A model generated the notes under the pieces. That model was given only the letters and a program-made list of their open reading frames with translations. It searched no databases and was not told where the DNA came from. Source: Dipteris shenzhenensis (taxonomy: Eukaryota). Taken from it: a DNA stretch of 64,000 nt. The position numbers were made by a program, and so were the translations under genes. Shown in pieces: positions 61,880 through 64,000 of the stretch (position 1 is its first letter; each line of letters opens with the position of its first letter). The stretch lies in assembly GCA_047967505.1 (NCBI GenBank), contig CM106538.1. The stretch is one strand, 5' to 3'.

Positions 61880-62640
61880 ATGCTTGAGCTCCCAACAAGT
61901 TGGATGCTCTAGCTCTACATCTAGAGACCTTGACTAAAGAGTTACCGTTGGTCAGTGCAAAGAATCTGGCAACAAAGTAAATGGGTCTTGCTACCTTAAA
62001 TTGCGATGTTGCTCCATTGGTCCACACCCAGTGCCTTTTGAATTGTACCCTTGTTCTTCAAGCCACTTGTAGTGACGCAAAAGGCACTGCTATACAACAA
62101 GAGTGTCATGTGTTTTATCGTCAAAAATGTAGAAATGAAACTCCTTGATAATTTCATCATCCATAAAGTTGCGGCGATAAATAATATGAACAAGGATTGT
62201 ACACTGATCGGAATGCCAATGCATAGATTGAATTTCATTTTGGACTTTGAACGAGTAATTCTCTGTAAAATATATAGCAGGCACAATGACATCTAAAGGC
62301 AAATTCTTCAAACACTCCCTAAACTAGTCTACCTTCCATTCATATATGAAGTTGTGCGTGATGAAAGTGGTTGTATGTTTCTTTAACATGGTTAACATGC
62401 AATTGGCTAGCATCTCCTTGACCGATAAAAGTTTACACTCCCCTACCCCCCTTTTTTGTTCGACCTCCTCAAAAACCTAAACCATCACATTTTTTCGCTT
62501 ATGTGCTACTTCGTTTGGGCAAATTGCGAGTTTTTGTACACCACACCTTTCACACTCTCCCATGAGGCACTCATAATCATGGAATGTTGAGTCTTTTCCC
62601 TTAGCACAAACATAGGATTCTTGTGAGTTCATGAGAACCT
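61880..62640 (-). mobile_element. DDE transposase fragment of the (D)FxENY/QxEIQSxHW type (tentatively Sola2-like)
   Basis: CLMGECERCG; FTENYSFKVQNEIQSMHWHSDQCTIL; DDKTHD; WTNGATSQFK. Confidence 0.65.
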
Positions 62641-63014
62641 GACACACCTAACTAATGAGTCACTAGAACCTTCTAGCACACCTACACTCACACACTCCTT
62701 TCATAGGACTCCAAGCCCATAGGCACACACACACACACATCAATTTGCCCCTTCATTCCCCCCCACAAATTGATGTCATCCCTTAGTAGTAGTACATGGG
62801 ATGCTCCATGGCTTGCCCACCATCATCTGACAACACTCATGACCCCAACCTGTGACTCACTCTTAGAATTCTTGGTTTACAACTAGGAGATAGACAATGG
62901 CTATGTATGTAAAGCCCAATGGGTCCAACAAGGAAAAATCTCAAAAGACTAACAATCATCTAAGGATGGACTATCTATGGCAGAGAACCATTATTGACAT
63001 CACACACACATAAC

Positions 63015-63850
63015 TTAGAAAACATATGGATCCTCACCCTTGTCACAATTGACTTGGGTGTTGTAAGCAGTGAGAGCTTTGACATTCTTTGGTTCTTCTT
63101 CTTCTTTAGTTTCTACTTCCTCAACAAGATTGGCTGAACATCTCTTCTTGGCATAACATTCCTTTTCAAAGTGTCCAGGTTTGCCACAAAAGTTACATTT
63201 CATTTTGCTCCTTCCCTTGAAGTTGCTTTTGGCCAAATATGCCCCTTCTTTGTAATCACTTCTTTGTTTGATCTTTCTCTCCTCTTCCAAGAGTGATGCT
63301 CCAATTTCTACCATACTTATCTCTGAAATATCGGCGAGTGTGGTTACAATAGTGCCATATTCTTCAGTGAGACTTCTAAGTAAGATGGCAATTACAATAT
63401 CTTCATCAAGATTAAACTTGATGCCAGATAACTATATCAAAATGCTCTTCATTGAATTTATACGTGAAGAGATGGACTCCCCTCTATCCAATTTTAAGTC
63501 AAAGAACTTGATAAGCAAGCTAGACTTAGAGAGCAACTTCCCTGTGCTCCAAAAACATGCTCAAGATGAGTCCATGTAGTATGAGCAATCTCACATCCAT
63601 CAATGTAATGAATAAAGGAATCACTCAAACCAAGAGCAAATATAGCAAGTGCTTTTTCATCTTTTGAAAGTCATGAAGCTTCTCCTTCTCTAGTTGTAGG
63701 TTTAGTTTCTTTTCCATTTGCTACCTTCCATATCCCCTTTTTAATGAGAATAAACTTCAGTTTTGTTTGCCAATGTGGAACCTCCTTCAAACTTATCTAT
63801 TTTTAGTTTGGAAGCCATTTTGGAAAGGTCTTACCAAATTAATGGCAGTG
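63015..63850 (-). pseudogene. Ty1/copia gag remnant
   Basis: WQTKLKFILIKKGIWKV; DEKALAIFALGLSDS; CNFCGKPGHFEKEC. Confidence 0.8.
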
Positions 63851-64000
63851 TCTAATCCCTTTACAAAAGATCAATCTTTCTTAACAAAGAAATCACCTTC
63901 ACCATATAGATGCAAATTGCAAGATAAGAATTCAGAAAATCCTAATTGTTTGGCATATTCATAACCAGTTGGCTTCTCCCACAACGTCTTAACTGGGGTC

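Overview
Eukaryotic, TE-dominated plant nuclear DNA. The gene sequences, giant intron and TE spectrum suggest a large-genome seed-free plant such as a fern, but that is inference. Two intact host genes are present. (1) A four-exon EMC5/MMgT gene (108 aa, minus strand) that the ORF track misses: exons 1-3 lie at 37924-39032 and exon 4 at 573-672, so its third intron is 37,251 bp and covers over half the window. (2) A single-exon plant Kazal-type protease inhibitor gene at 48359-48928 (minus). The giant intron is a nest of retroelements: two inverted decayed copies of one Ty3/gypsy (chromovirus-like) family, a complete Ty1/copia with a 5-bp TSD, an L1-type LINE with a 17-bp TSD and an ORF1-ORF2 fusion, a non-coding TRIM/LARD-like element, an ORF1-only LINE-like element, and a 5'-truncated Penelope-like RT of Naiad/Chlamys type. 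The most striking observation lies just 3' of that Penelope-like RT (23518-23623): the hammerhead-ribozyme core motifs with stems I and III in correct register, but in a non-circularly permuted (pseudoknotted) strand order. The right-hand third holds a GLR pseudogene fragment, decayed LINE, hAT, Sola-like, gypsy and copia fragments, microsatellites and a 100-N assembly gap.
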